From positions 744,001-808,000 of the forward strand of contig CM052837.1 of the NCBI GenBank assembly GCA_028534125.1: a DNA stretch of 64,000 bases. The letters run 5' to 3'. Origin of the DNA: Lama glama (Eukaryota). This document shows positions 1-12,919 of the stretch, one piece after another. The stretch's first letter is position 1, and the number at the start of each line of letters is the position of its first letter. The notes beneath the pieces were generated by a model, which was not told the DNA's origin, searched no databases, and worked only from the letters and a program-made list of their open reading frames with translations. The position numbers and the translations under genes are program-made.

Positions 1-1083
1 TAATGTTTAACAGATGCTTTGCTCTGAGGAAATAACTAGGAAGAGAAATCAAAAGACAGTTTTGGAAACCGGAGCGGTAAGTGTCATCCTTTCCAAACGG
101 AGGCTGAGCAATGAAGGAAAGACAAGCGAAGAACTCGAACCTTCTCCTCCTGTTGTCCCTTTCTCTGAGCCTGCGAGCAGTTTTGGATTTTTTAAAAAAA
201 TCTGTCTCTCCCGGCCCCTCCCGCCCCCCATCCCCTCCTCCCACAGGGAGCCGTGAAGGTCAGTGAGAGGGAGGGCTGGGCGCGAGCTCACAAACAGGAC
301 CTGAGGTCTGTGCCTGATGAGACCCTCACGTGCCGAAGATCTGGGGCTGTGACTGTCACACTTGACACACGCAGCGCCTTCAGAGCAGCACCTCCGAGTT
401 GAAAGAGAATAGAACCGACCACTCAGGCAGCTGATGACGAGAGTTAAATTAATTAGAGATGCGCTCAGCCGGGCGCCCGGGATGCCTGGCGGCCAGGCCC
501 TCGCGGCCTCCTCTCGCGCAGCCCAGTCCGCACGCGTTAGGAGGACGCCAGGTGCTGGGCTTCCCTAAACCCGACGCTGGCAGAAGCCTCCTGTGTAAAC
601 AGCGGTACTTCCTGCCAAGCAGATAATAGACGTGTTCCCACCAGGGCCCAAGAGCTGCCTGCAAATCCTCAGTAAAACAATTAAAATTTGCCTTCAGCAC
701 ACACGGAAAAGCCTGTGATTTGGCAGTGGAGACAGTTACCGAAGCATTCAGAACCGGATCGGTCTTTAACATTTAGATGCCACATCACAACCGCAAAACG
801 CTGCCTCACCACCTCATCACTTTTGGTCGCCTGGGACTCCTGCTCGCACAGCCAGCTCAGGCCCCTGCTGGGAGCAGGGCTTCGTCACAACACGTCGGGA
901 GAGGGCGGGAATCCTGAGGCTGATTTGTTCAATGAGTGTTGGCGGAGATGCTGGGACACTGGGAGTGAGAAGACCAAAGGCCACTGCTGTCTGTGAAACT
1001 TGTGCCAACTTCCTTCAGGTTTGTGAGTCTCCATCTCAGTTTTAAGGAAGATGTGGGAAGAGCCTCCTTCACCAATAGCTCCT

Positions 1084-1217
1084 NNNNNNNNNNNNNNNNN
1101 NNNNNNNNNNNNNNNNNNNNNNNNNNNNNNNNNNNNNNNNNNNNNNNNNNNNNNNNNNNNNNNNNNNNNNNNNNNNNNNNNNNNNNNNNNNNNNNNNNNN
1201 NNNNNNNNNNNNNNNNN
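1084..1217. other. N gap/masked run (134 N)
   Basis: Run of N; the right flank is a (CAC)-rich simple repeat. Confidence 0.99.
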
Positions 1218-1235
1218 CACCATCACCACCATTGC

Positions 1236-1559
1236 CAGGAATTGGCAAACTACACGCCACAGGATAAATCCCTCCCAGTGCCTGCATTTGTACAGCCCAC
1301 AAGCTAAGAAAGATTTTTACATTTCTAAATGACTGAAGACAAGAAGTATATTCCATGATACACGAAAAGTAAGGAATTCCAAAGTCCATAAATACAGTTT
1401 TGTTAAACCACACCCCGTGCCCTTGCTCATTCACACGTGCCCACGGCTATTGGGCATAAGAAGGGCAGAGTTGTTGAGCACCTGTGACAGAGGCCAGATG
1501 GTCTAAAACCCTAAAATATTTATTCTCGGGCTCTTACTGAAAAAGCTGACCGATTCCTG
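1236..1559 (+). mobile_element. MER58B-like hAT-Charlie MITE
   Basis: Imperfect terminal inverted repeats CAGGAATTGGCAAACT ... AGCTGACCGATTCCTG. Internal GCTAAGAAAGATTTTTACATTTCTAAATG and CTAAAATATTTATTCTCGG resemble the recalled MER58B consensus. Degenerate 8-bp flanks accattgc/gccatcac. Confidence 0.85.
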
Positions 1560-1573
1560 GCCATCACGCTCCC

Positions 1574-1591
1574 ACAGCACCACCACCACCA

Positions 1592-1626
<35 letters not shown>

Positions 1627-1645
1627 ATGAACACCACCAGCACCC
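1574..1645. repeat. (CAC/CCG)n trinucleotide microsatellite
   Basis: cagcaccaccaccaccaccgccaccgccaccgccaccaccgccaccaccgcc is directly visible. Confidence 0.9.
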
Positions 1646-4554
1646 TCAGTGCAAGTGACGCTGCCTCCACCCTGACCGTCAACAGCAGCGACAGCCACCC
1701 CAGCCCACTCCATGGTTTGGGGACATGGAGCTGCCCACGGGTCAAAGAATTCCGTGCGAAGACTGTGAAAGAGAGCACAGATTCAGCAGGACGCCTTCCC
1801 CCCTCCAGTGAGCGGGAGGGACAGGAGTCTTGCAAGCAAGCATCCTTGTGGCCAAGATCGTGGGGGAACCTGCTGCCCTGGGCGGGTGCTGGGGCGCCTT
1901 CATCTCTGAGACTGTCCAGCCGCAAGCCTGCACTCACGCCCCGAGGGCTCCCGCTCCCTGAGCCTGGAGAATCACAGCGGAACACTTGGTTCGGGGGTGG
2001 GTGCTTGGGGCGGTGAACCCTCCGCCCTGACTCTGGCAGAAGCAAATGCAGATCCCTTCTGCGAGGACATGCTAAGATGGGTCTCAGAGACTCCACGGTC
2101 TGGGACACATGATCCACGTGGCACAAGAAGCCGGAGTCTGGGATTAAGCCCTTGAGGGGATGAGCCGCCTTCAGCAAGCAGGCAAGCTCCCCACGGCCGG
2201 GACCCACACGCTGCACTTGACCGACAGACACGACATTCAGGGAGACCATAAAAGCAGCTGGAGGGAAAGGGCAGATAATTTGCTCAGCAACCAACATCGG
2301 AGGATGAAGGCCGCCAGGCCGCCGGGCAGCAGGAAGACAACGGAGGCGTGTTGAATGATTCAGCTTTAGACTTAGGTCAACTGTGCCTGCGAAGATTTCA
2401 AGGATAACTACCAAACAGAACACGCATTTCAAACCAGGAGAGAGAAAAAATGCATGCGCCTGCAAAGAGAAGGCAGGGCAAACAAACACAAAAGATCGAG
2501 ACCGGCAGTGAAAGCCGTCGGTGCTCGCAGCGGCGCTGATTCGTGAGGAGTGCAGTGAACGCAAGTCTTCCCTCTGGATTTGAAGGAGTATCCGGACGTA
2601 CGCTGCCTGTTTACCGGAGACACACGGAAGCACTGAAAGCAAAGGGGTGGGAAGACGCACAAGGAGAGTCCTGGGCGGAAAATGACCCGGAGGAGCTTAA
2701 TGAGTCTAAACGAAGCAGGCGCCAGGTGGCGGTGACGCCAGCGCCCAGCACGGCCCGGCCAGAGCCTCCTGCCTGGCCCCGCGCACGCCCCGGGCACACA
2801 GCAGCTCGCCCCACCGCTTCCCGGGCAGGATCGACAGGCTCACGGGGATAATGCGGCCTCTTCGTCAACAACACAACAACAGTTTCGACCAGCGAGCGTG
2901 CGTAAGGGCTGCACCCAAAACCGGAGGAGACTCTTCCCAGCCCAGGTGTTCTTTCCTTTCCTGTTTCTCCTCACCTTCCCTCCCTCCCTCCCTCCTTTCC
3001 AGAAGTGGATCAAAGGACCAAGCCAGGAAGTGCCACCACATCGCACACAGTTAGTACCTTGAAGGCCACGTTCTGTAACCACAACACGGTTGATGTAAAA
3101 GTCAATACGCTTCATAAAAACCACTCTTCTTTGGAAGTGAAGAAAAAAGAGAAACACTTTCACAACCAACGGACCGAAGAAGAATCGTAACAAAATACAC
3201 AACTATTGAGAACTGAATCGTGCTGGAAAAGCCGCAGATGAAGACCAACTACTTATCAAAGTCTGGCAGTGCCGGCGAAGGGCGACCCGGCGGGAAGCGA
3301 GCCTTAAACGCGTCACTTAGGACAATAAAGGCTAAACAGGATGCATCAACCCCCAAGTCAACGAAGTCGTAACAACAGAGGGAAAGGCGGCGACCGAGAA
3401 GGGGTCAGAGACAGAGGACTAGGGACCGGAGGCACAGCGCAGAGAACGACCCACCAGGGTGGTTCTCCGCAACCCGCCCGCTGGTGGCCCCGAGGAGGGC
3501 AGGGCACCCGGGACCCCGCCAGGCTCCGGACTCCGGACGGACCGCTTGGCACACTGATGATCTTCCCTCTCTCGAAGACGTCACTAAACTATTGCTAAAG
3601 GAATGTTACGGGTCTTCCTGGGAAAGACAGCTGTATCCAACACTTAACGAAATCCAAGAGAAGGGAGGATGGGTGCGGCCGAGGGCGCGGGGGCGCGTGG
3701 GCTGACAGCAGGCTTCCACTAGGACAGCACAGGCCAGAAAGACCGTGGGCGTAAAGCCTTCAAAGCTGGGAGGAAAACTGTAGGTTGCGCAGCCGAGCAG
3801 GCAAGCGTTCAGGCGTGAGCCCAGAGGAAAGGGAGACAGAATGACAGCGATCGGTCCTCCAGCGCTCAGAGAATTCAGCTCACACGCACCCTCTGACTAA
3901 GGAGCTCGTACACTGACTCCGAAAAGAAAGGACAGCGGAGAACTAAGGAAGTGGGTGAACAGGGATTGAAGAAACAGCGAATAACTCCAGAAGTGGGTGA
4001 AAAGAAGCCCCAGCTGTCCTGCCCAGGCTGCCCAGCCCCACCCGCCATCTGGGCTCCACGGAGGCCGCCTCCGAGAGCGGGAAAGAGAGCAAACGCGACA
4101 CTGCGACCCCCGCGATGCTGGGAGAAGGCACACGTTTGCCCTCGAGGTCCCGACAAGGTCATTTAGTGACTCCAGAAGGAAACCACACAACCGGAAGCGC
4201 TACCAGAATGCCGTCTTGTGCACACACAGAAACCAAAGGTCCCCATTCTCCTGGGGAGCCACGGACGTCAGAAGACAGAGCCCATTTGACCGAGACACTG
4301 AGAATGCTTCTCGGGCACCGCGGGTCGGACACCGGCAGCCGGTCAGGAGGAGACAGTGTTTCACCCAACGTGGGTTTACGGAATCCGGGCGACAGCGTCT
4401 GATAATTGAGCAGCTGGAATCCACGTAACGAGAAACAGATTTTAAAGGCCACCAGGTCTCCGTCATCATCATCACCATCGCCTTGGCCACCAAGCGCTGG
4501 GATTCCCTGCACGTCAGGCGTGGAGCTAAAACCCTGATGAGGTTCGTTCCATCT

Positions 4555-4690
4555 AATTTTCACAACGACCCCGAGGCACGTTCTCCCATATCCTTATTCC
4601 ATCAACGCGGAAACTGAGGACTAAGAGGCTGAGTGACTGGCTCCGTGTCTCGCCTGGGAGCAAGCCAGGCCCGGCCCGGGCGCCTGACTT
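4555..4690 (-). mobile_element. MIR SINE fragment
   Basis: GGAAACTGAGGACTAAGAGGCTGAGTGACT resembles the reverse MIR core. Confidence 0.6.
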
Positions 4691-5169
4691 CAGGGTCTGG
4701 CACAGGCACTGAGCTGGACTCACGCGCTCCAGGCAAGGCAAGGACACCGTCAACCCCGCCGGGAAGGCACAGGGACGAGGGAGGGAGGGGCAGGTGTGCC
4801 GCCCGCCGCCTCCTCCTGCGGGAGGAAGACGAGTCCAGGCGCAGCGACAAGAGTGACCGACGAGAGCCGAAGCCTACACCCCCGGACGGCTGCACGGGGG
4901 CAGGAGACGGGACCTGGCACCCTGAATTCGGGCCCCAGGTAAGCCACAGCCCACCCTCCCAAAGCACAGAGTCCACTGCGCAGAGCCAGAAGTAAGTGGG
5001 CGTCAAGGGGCGGCGGGGCGTTGGGAGAGGCAGGCGGGCGCGCACTGCCTCGGGGGCAGGCTGGGGGCGCGGATGCGGTGCTAGGCCCCGAGCTGAGGGC
5101 GTGGGAATTCTCACTGATAGTTTCGTCCACTACTTAGTATTTTGTTATCCTAGCAAAGGTAACCATTGT

Positions 5170-5810
5170 TTCAGAGAAATCAGGGCCCCTATGTACTGCT
5201 GGTGGGCACATCAAAGGGTGCAGCTACCACAGAAGACAGCATGGTGGTTCCTCAGAAATGAAACCGAGCTACGCACGACCAGCACTCCCACTTTCGGGTA
5301 ATTATCCGGAAGAGCTGAAAGCAGGGCCTCAGGGAGGCGTGTGCGCACCGTGCTCACAGCAGCAGTTTTCACGCTGGAAGCAGCCCAGGTGTCCATCAGC
5401 AGGTGCACGGATAAACCAAGCGTGATCTAGACACCGTGGAACATTACTCAGCCTTAAAAAGGAAGGGAATTCTGCACCTGCACCCACATGGGCGAAAGCT
5501 GGAAGCATCATGCTGAGCGAGATCAGCCAGACACCAAAGGACAAACACCGTCTGCTTCCACTTCCACGAAGTACCTGGCTGTCGAATGCACAGAGACAGA
5601 AGGCGGGGCGGCGGCTAGGGGGTCTGGGAGGGGCGGGGATCGCTGTTCCGTGGATGTAAGTTTCAACTTGGGAGGATGGAGAGGCTCTGGAGACGGCTGG
5701 GGTGACGCTCGCTCAGCGCTGTTAATGTGCTCAATGTTACTAAGCTGCACTTCAAAATCGGTTAAAATGGTGAATCTTACATAAGGTGTGTTTCGCCACA
5801 ATAAAAAAAT
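5170..5810 (+). mobile_element. Old LINE-1 (L1MB-like) 3' fragment
   Basis: ORF2-end and 3'UTR hallmarks: TACTGCTGGTGGG, TACTCAGCCTTAAAAAGGAAGGGAATTCTG, CATCATGCTGAGCGAGATCAGCCAGACACCAAAGGACAAA, GGTTAAAATGGTGAAT...CCACAATAAAAAAA. Confidence 0.88.
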
Positions 5811-5904
5811 GACTTCAAAAAAGGAAGCCAGGACTTTGGCGTCCAAGTCAATAAAATATGGTGCATTTGAGTTATTTGAGTGGAATATAAGTTCGTTCTT
5901 TTAC

Positions 5905-6156
5905 CACTTTGCAGAAAATACAAGAACCTCAGGATGTGTTGCTTCTGATCAGCCTCCCGGTTGAGTACCATTGCTGCCCTTGCTTAAAGTCACACATACA
6001 CATACACACGTGCGCGAAATACTGCTTCAGAACTCGGCTGGAGCTGGACGGGCGCCAGGCAGCTAAGCGTCTCCAGGAGCTTTGGAAGACTGAGCTTTCT
6101 GTCGGAACGAGGCGTCTCTCTTGACAAAAACATTTTGCTGAAAGGTTGGTTGCATC
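5905..6156 (-). other. Candidate internal exon of the minus-strand gene
   Basis: Minus-strand acceptor cccttttctcacttcctAG|G at 6157/6156 and donor GTG|GTAAAA at 5905/5904, in unique sequence. Splice signals only; no transcript evidence. Confidence 0.3.
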
Positions 6157-6675
6157 CTAGGAAGTGAGAAAAGGGATCACCAGGTGATCCAGTGTTTCCA
6201 CCAGGACAGCAGAATTCCTACTGGAAAACTGGTTTCTGCACGACACCTACTGCAGCTGCAAAAATGCCTTCAGGCTTTGCCTCTGAGCGACGGCCTCTCT
6301 CACCACCGGCCCCGCCAGCCCTGCCCAGCTCCCCGCCTCCCGGACACAGACACTGCTCCAGCCTCACGCCATCGCCGCTCCTCCCCTGATGGCTCCGGGG
6401 AATCCAGAGCACAGGCCCCAGTCCTCACGCCCCCCGCCCTGCAGACGCCCCATGGTCCATGCAGCCCACGGGACTGGGAGCCTCCTCTGTTCTTAGCTGG
6501 GGGGCTCCAACAGAGCAGGCCCCGAAGTTAGAAGAAGTAGGCACCGGGCAAGGCTGGATCGCCGACACCAGCACAGGAGGGGGGCAGTACCACCGGTGAT
6601 AAATGGGAGATTGAGCCCAGAGCACATGGGGAACTAGAGCTCCAGATTTATCCTAAAATCACAGCTAACTGAGAT

Positions 6676-6708
6676 TGTGCGTGTGTGCACGTGTGCGCAT
6701 GTGTGCGC
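6676..6708. repeat. Alternating purine-pyrimidine tract (33 bp)
   Basis: tgtgcgtgtgtgcacgtgtgcgcatgtgtgcgc alternates without interruption. Confidence 0.85.
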
Positions 6709-7221
6709 CTTTGCTGAGTCCCTGGAAGCCCTCTCGGGTGAAGCAGAGCACACCTGTAGCCCACTGGGCCGTAAACTCCGAGTGACTGGTGTCTGCACCA
6801 GGGGTTTCTGCAAAAATCCCAGGGACATCATCCAGTGAACTGACGCTCACCCCGGACAGAGTTGCACCTCGAGCCTGCGGAATCCTTCACACACTTCATT
6901 TATAGTCTTTCTACACCGTGTTACTTCCTCAAATCACTATGAACGCATCCTGCCGCGGGGCTTGGCATCTGGGTAACCGTGTTTTTATTTCTCACGGGCC
7001 TGGCAGCAATGCTCTTTATTTAATCTTAGGCTCCTTACTTCTGTCCCTATTTATTTCCTTTTTCCTTCAGTTCTATTTTTCCCAAGTGGGCCTGTGGGGA
7101 AGGTGGGCCTGGGAGCCAGAAAAATCATGTCTTTATTTTTTTTTTTATCACTTTTGAAGAGCTGCATTTTGCTCCCAATTCCTAGTCTTGTTGGAAAATT
7201 TGAGTGCTCGTTTGTTTTCTG

Positions 7222-7965
7222 CTTTTATTTTATTTTTCATTGAAGTCCAGTCAGTTACAATGTGTCAATTTCTGGTGTGCAGCACAGTGTCCCAGTCATG
7301 CATGTACATGCATACATTCATTTTCACTAAAGGTTATTACAAGGTATTGAACATGATTCCCTGTGCTATAGAGAAGAAACCTTTTTTTAAAATCAGTTTT
7401 TATATATAGTGGCTTACATTTGTAAATCTCAAGCTCCCTAATTTATCCCTTCCCACTCCCTTTCCCTGGTAATCATAAGATTGTTTACTGTGTCTGTGAG
7501 TCTGTTTCTGTTTTGTAGATGNNNNNNNNNNNNNNNNNNNNNNNNNNNNNNNNNNNNNNNNNNNNNNNNNNNNNNNNNNNNNNNNNNNNNNNNNNNNNNN
7601 NNNNNNNNNNNNNNNNNNNNNNNNNNNNNNNNNNNNNNNNNNNNNNNNNNNNNNNNNNNNNNNNNNNNNNNNNNNNNNNNNNNNNNNNNNNNNNNNNNNN
7701 NNNNNNNNNNNNNNNNNNNNNNNNNNNNNNNNNNNNNNNNNNNNNNNNNNNNNNNNNNNNNNNNNNNNNNNNNNNNNNNNNNNNNNNNNNNNNNNNNNNN
7801 NNNNNNNNNNNNNNNNNNNTCCTGAAGTAGGGTTCCTTCTGGATTTATGCCCAGGGGCGGGATTCCTGGGTCATATGGTAAGTCTATTCCTAGTCTTTTG
7901 AGGAATCTCCATACTGTTCTCCACAGTGGCTGCACCAAACTGCATCCCCACCAGCGGTGTAGGAG
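7222..7965 (-). mobile_element. Young LINE-1 3' end (ORF2 C-terminus and 3'UTR), interrupted by an N gap
   Basis: ORF 7438..7938 begins [32 protein letters not shown], matching the L1 ORF2 C-terminal motif QPLWKTVWRFLK.L.I.LPYDPAIPLLGIYP. T-rich tail at ~7222; 3'UTR motifs ttccctgtgctata and tgtgagtctgtttctgttttgtagat. Confidence 0.95.
7522..7819. other. N gap inside L1 (298 N)
   Basis: Run of N flanked on both sides by L1 sequence. Confidence 0.99.
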
Positions 7966-8107
7966 NNNNNNNNNNNNNNNNNNNNNNNNNNNNNNNNNNN
8001 NNNNNNNNNNNNNNNNNNNNNNNNNNNNNNNNNNNNNNNNNNNNNNNNNNNNNNNNNNNNNNNNNNNNNNNNNNNNNNNNNNNNNNNNNNNNNNNNNNNN
8101 NNNNNNN
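7966..8107. other. N gap (142 N)
   Basis: Run of N adjoining the L1. Confidence 0.99.
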
Positions 8108-9879
8108 TTTTATTTTAAATTACCATCTTTAACTTTGAGACTTCCTCCCTAATTATGTTGGTTCTGTTTTTTGTTTGCTTATTTTTAACAGGTATTGTCA
8201 GTCTTTTTAAAATCTCATCGAACTGTTTCTTTCTTGGGGCTTTGAGTGATTTGACAGTTACAATATTATCTCCTTATTTTAACTCCCCGTTTCCCCACTG
8301 TTACCACTGTGTGGTCGTCTTGCTGCATCTTTCCCACCTCCCTTGTCCGTGTTTTAGCCTCTCCTCTCCTCAGGCAGTTTTTTCCTTTTTTATTGGACTT
8401 TGCTTTTAAGCCCAGACGTGTCTCAGGGAGACCCAGACCCTCCACTCCAGTTACCCCTGAGCAGCCCCTTGGGCGGGGCTCTTACGAGGGACCACGGCCC
8501 CCGACCTTCCTGCTTAGCGAGTCCTGGATTTGCGAGAACAGTGCACTTCCTGCCCACCCCCTGCCCTTCTTAGTGATGAGACCCTTGCATGGGTCCACAA
8601 GTTCTGGGCAAACTGTCCACAGTGTGTCCTGGACCAGGAGACAGACGGCCTGGTCGGACAGCAGAGGAGGCCGGTCCGGGTGCAAGCACCCGGCTCACAC
8701 TTGCTGGGGCGCACTTTCTTTTCTCCAGCAGGGACGTCCTCAGAAGCAACCAGGGGAGCCTGCGGCCTCGCCGACACCTGCCCTGTGTGCTGTGCTGGTG
8801 CAGGGAGGGGCTTCTTCCCAGCCCCGCGGCCCCTCCCTGGGCTCCCGAGCTCACAGCCCTCTGATTGTGGCCAGGTCTGGGTTCCTGCTAGTGCAGAGGA
8901 ACAGGCTCGGACCGGATCCACACAAAGGAGGGGCCTTAGGAGTGAGCCCCCAGCAGCAGCATCTCCCGCAAAAGACCGGGCTTTCGCCGATTCTCATTGG
9001 CTCCTCCCTCAGGAGAACCCAGGAACAGCTCCTGAGCCTGCTGCGGCAGACACTGACCACCGGCCTGTACGCCCGCGATGCCCATCCTGCAGTGGGCGCC
9101 GCAGAAGGTGTGGTCTGGCCCGCGTGCCTGCCGGCTGGGGGGAGGGTCAGCGGCCCAGGAGTGACCTCGGCACCGAGGACCCCGGTGGTGCCGGGACCAC
9201 CCTCGGGCTGGACCGGTTGCCCGTGCGCAGACTCTTGCTAAGGAGCCACTGATTGTCACCACCCTTCCCCTCGCCTGCACCCTCTCGTCCCTGAGTCATT
9301 TCCCCAGAAAGCCACCTGCACCCAAACCCCCCAGCCAGTGCTTGTTCTCATGTTCCCCCCGGGCGGACGAGGACCCAGGCTGCAGCTACCTGCCTGTCGC
9401 CTTGCTGCTCTCCTCGTCTGGCCAACAGACCAGCTGATCGGGGTGGCCCGCTGGCCGTGGCGACCACGTCAACTTGCAGGGTGGGTCCAGGGGCACCACT
9501 GCCCTGGAGTGAGGCCACAGGCCAGTCCAGGTCAGGACCTTTCCTGGTTACAGGACTTCCAGAGACTTGAATTTTGGAAAGTGTAAGTTTGAGATTTTAT
9601 TCGTCCAGCTTTCAGGGGAACAGTGTGATGCTACACCAGGATGCTGGCGGCATCAGGGAGGGCTGCTGCCACGCTCCGTCTCCGGGGGCCTTCTTCCCCC
9701 AAACCTGGATTGGTTTCCTGACAGCAGGCCCAGGCCCTCCCATACCCCGGCCCCCTCATTCCAGGCCCACTCATCCCAGGCCTCCCCACCCTTTGCCAGG
9801 TTACCCTCCGCCATCCAGCCCTGGGTGCTGGGTTTAATCCTTCCTCCCGCATAACGTCCCTGTTCCCCGGGTGCCAACT

Positions 9880-10260
9880 GCCACCCACGTGCCACAAACA
9901 GACCCCCACCAGGACCTCTCAAAGCATCAGACTCAATGCATGCCAGGCCCCCTGCTGGCTCCTCTCCCTGCCTGTGTCTGTCAACGCCCACCCCCTGGCC
10001 ACCTGTCCAAGTCCCAGACCTGGGAGCCTGTTTTACCCCCTCCTCCTTCTCATCGTGGAAATCGAGTCACTGAAAGTCCTGTGATTCCCGTCTGGGACCC
10101 AGGCTGTCTCACCGTCTCCCGGCTCCTCCCACACCTGTTCCCAGCAGGGGCGGTGGCCACAGGGGTCTTCCAGAAACACTGTGATCTGGTGACACTCGGG
10201 TAAATCCCACCAGGGACGCCGGTCCTGGGTGCCGACCAAGGCCCAGGAGGCCCAGCAAAC
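9880..10260 (+). mobile_element. L2 LINE fragment
   Basis: gcatcagactcaatgcatgcca, cctgtccaagtcccagacctgggagcc and ggtcttccagaaacactgtgatctggtgacactc resemble the L2 3' region. Confidence 0.6.
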
Positions 10261-12674
10261 ACCAGCCCCGTCTAGTTCTGCACCTCAGCTGCGACCCCGA
10301 ACTTTCTGTGCTCCAGCGCCGCTGACCTGTTTTTACTTCCCTGAAGTTAAAGCTACTCTTCATGAACTACAGATTTCAACTCTGGGTCCTGACCCGCTCT
10401 GAAGAAGGCAGCAAACTTAAGAATGTCTGTGCTTCACAATAGAGAAGATACAACCCCAGGACCGGCCCCCACATGGCCTCGCAGCCACAGACGGGGCCCC
10501 AGGCGCAGGGCGGGGCCGGTCAGCCCGCGGGCGGCCCGCGCGCGTTTCTGCACTCTGTCTCAGCCCCCGCCACTCCCTGTTTTCCTTCCATGGGCTTCCT
10601 TGAACATTTTTGTTATTTACATGGTCCCATTTACACGGCATCTTTCCCTGAGCCTCGGGGTAAAGACGCCGCGGCCTGCATTGCTCTGGAACAGGCCACT
10701 CCAGACCCACCCGCCAAGCACGCCTGTGGCACGAGCTGCTCGGCTGGAGCCCAGGCGGCGTCTTTGTCAGGAGCAGACCTGACGGAAGGAGAGTCTTCAA
10801 CCCACTCATCCAGCAACACAGACCGAGCGCCTGCGCGGGGCCAGGCGCTGTCCTTGGTGCTGGGAGGCAGTGGTGCGTCTCACAGGTGAGCCGCGCAGGT
10901 GGGGCCGTGGGAAGGCTGGGGCCGGGCAGGGGGCCCGGGAGCGGTGGGGAGGCCCCTGGGGGGGGTCCGGGGGGCTGTGCAGTGCTGTTTCCGTGAGGAC
11001 TCTGCGTCTCATCTCAGGAGCAGAGACGGGCGAGCGTCTCAGGAGCCCGGGCTATTTTTACCGTGTGGACACGGTGAGTCACGGTGCTGACTGTGTTCCT
11101 CCTGCGCGCCTGCTGTGAGCACGGCGGTTCTGGACGCCAGGATACGGATCTGGGGCACTGGCCTCTCTCCTGGTTCTGGCTCATCTTCCCCAGTCTTTCC
11201 CCTTCACCTTGCTGGTACCACCTACACAGTAGTTGGTTAATTAACCAGTCTTGTCAGCTGCGTCCTTCTCACGCCCTGGTGATCGATCCAGGCAGAACCA
11301 CCTCATCAACCCCCAGCCACCAGCAGCCTTTGCTCTGGTGAGGGAAGCCAGCCTCCCTCCGCGGCCCACAGGAGGGAGCGGCTCAGAGGAGGGGGCGGCG
11401 GTTCGCTCACCAGGTGCTGGAAGACCACAGAGCCGCTGGGACCCAGACACACATCTGGGGCAAAGCCTGTTCACACAGCGGGGATAAAGGACCCCCAAAA
11501 CGTGGCGCACGGCTGCGACATACTTCACGCCATGACGTCCGAAAGAGCGTGGCACGGCTCTGTCAGAGTTACGTTGATGTCCACTGAAGGTCTTAACTGG
11601 TCAGAGTTTAAGGTAGAATAAATGTAAATGCAGGTGCTTTCCAGACACCCTGGGAGCAGGAGTCCGATGACGCTCTGCGCTTCAGCTGCCGACACCCGTC
11701 TTACTTTGACTTGTCACCTTCAGTGGCTGAGGACAGCCCGGCAGGGGTCCACGCCTTCCTGGCCAAAAGCCAAATGCCACTGCACTTGGGGAGGGGCGTT
11801 TGGTCTGGAACGCGAGTTACGTGTTCTTACGAGATTCTGGGAGGGAGGCCCAGGGGACGACCTCTGTCTATGAAATCACTGAAGTGCCCTCGGAGGCCGA
11901 CGGGTGGCTGTTCCAAAGTCACCTTCTTCCCCAGGTGGCTCCGCAGGGGAGGATGCCTTTGTGAGGACGCGCGCGTCTGTCTCCCTGAGACTCCCTCCGC
12001 TCGGTGCCCGGGAGATGACTCATCCTGGGAGGCGTGACGCTCTGTGAGTCCCAGGGGCGACCACACGCACAGGCGAGGCCCCTTCCCAAGGGATGCTGCC
12101 CCCCAGTGACACGGCCAGCCCGCCTCACTGGCCGGGGGTGGTGCTTGCCTCAGCACACAATCCCGGTGGGACCCCAGTTCAGCGTCCACGGTGACGCCCA
12201 AGTCTGCCAGGCAGGCCCCACGACGAGGACTGGAGTGGAGACAGTTCATCTGGGAGGCGGTTCTGGAAACACCGGGCAGGGAGAGCTGAGCAAGTGGCAG
12301 CAGAGAAGGGCCCAGGGCATGTGAGCTGCAGGTGCTGGGCCCAGGAGCCTGCTCGCAGGGCTGCCCCACCCGAGGGGCCTCATACACCGTGCCCTGCCCA
12401 CCACTGCTCCCCGGCTGCTCCCAGGCACTCGCTCCCCGGCCCTCCTGCTGGACCAGAGCCACAGGGGGAAGGTGCAAGTGTTTGCCAGGAGCAGCTCCGG
12501 GCTCGCAGAGGCAGCACACAGAGGCGAACCCACACATGAGACTCTCGGACGATGTGAGAGGACGGCTTCTTGACTTCCACAGGGTACAGCTGGCAGCGTG
12601 ATGGATGGACCCCACAGAGGCCGGGGGGCCAAGCACCTCACAGTCGGTAAGTCCCGGCCACTCTGTACGGTGGG

Positions 12675-12785
12675 CATTGTCACCGCCTTTGCCCTTTTCA
12701 GGAGAGGGAACTGAGGTCTGACGGCCAGACGGCTACTGAGTGCAAAGCTGGATTCTGAACGCAGCCAGTCTGGCCCCAGAGCCCT
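12675..12785 (-). mobile_element. MIR SINE fragment
   Basis: cccttttcaggagagggaactgagg ... gctggattctgaacgcagccagtctggccccagagccc. Confidence 0.65.
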
Positions 12786-12919
12786 GTCTCCAGGCTGTGC
12801 TCCAAGCAGCTTCCCATTGGGAGAGCAGCTGGGCAGAGAGATGGCCTGGCCTGGCCGTGTGCAGCCAGCGGGCCCACAAATGGGGCTCAGCCGTGTCGCC
12901 CGAATGACATCGCAGCAGC

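Noticed and set aside
1503-2660. 385-aa minus-strand ORF
   Set aside because: It starts at GTG, runs through a (GGT/GGC)n microsatellite (the poly-V/A stretch) and ends inside MER58B. No recognisable domain.
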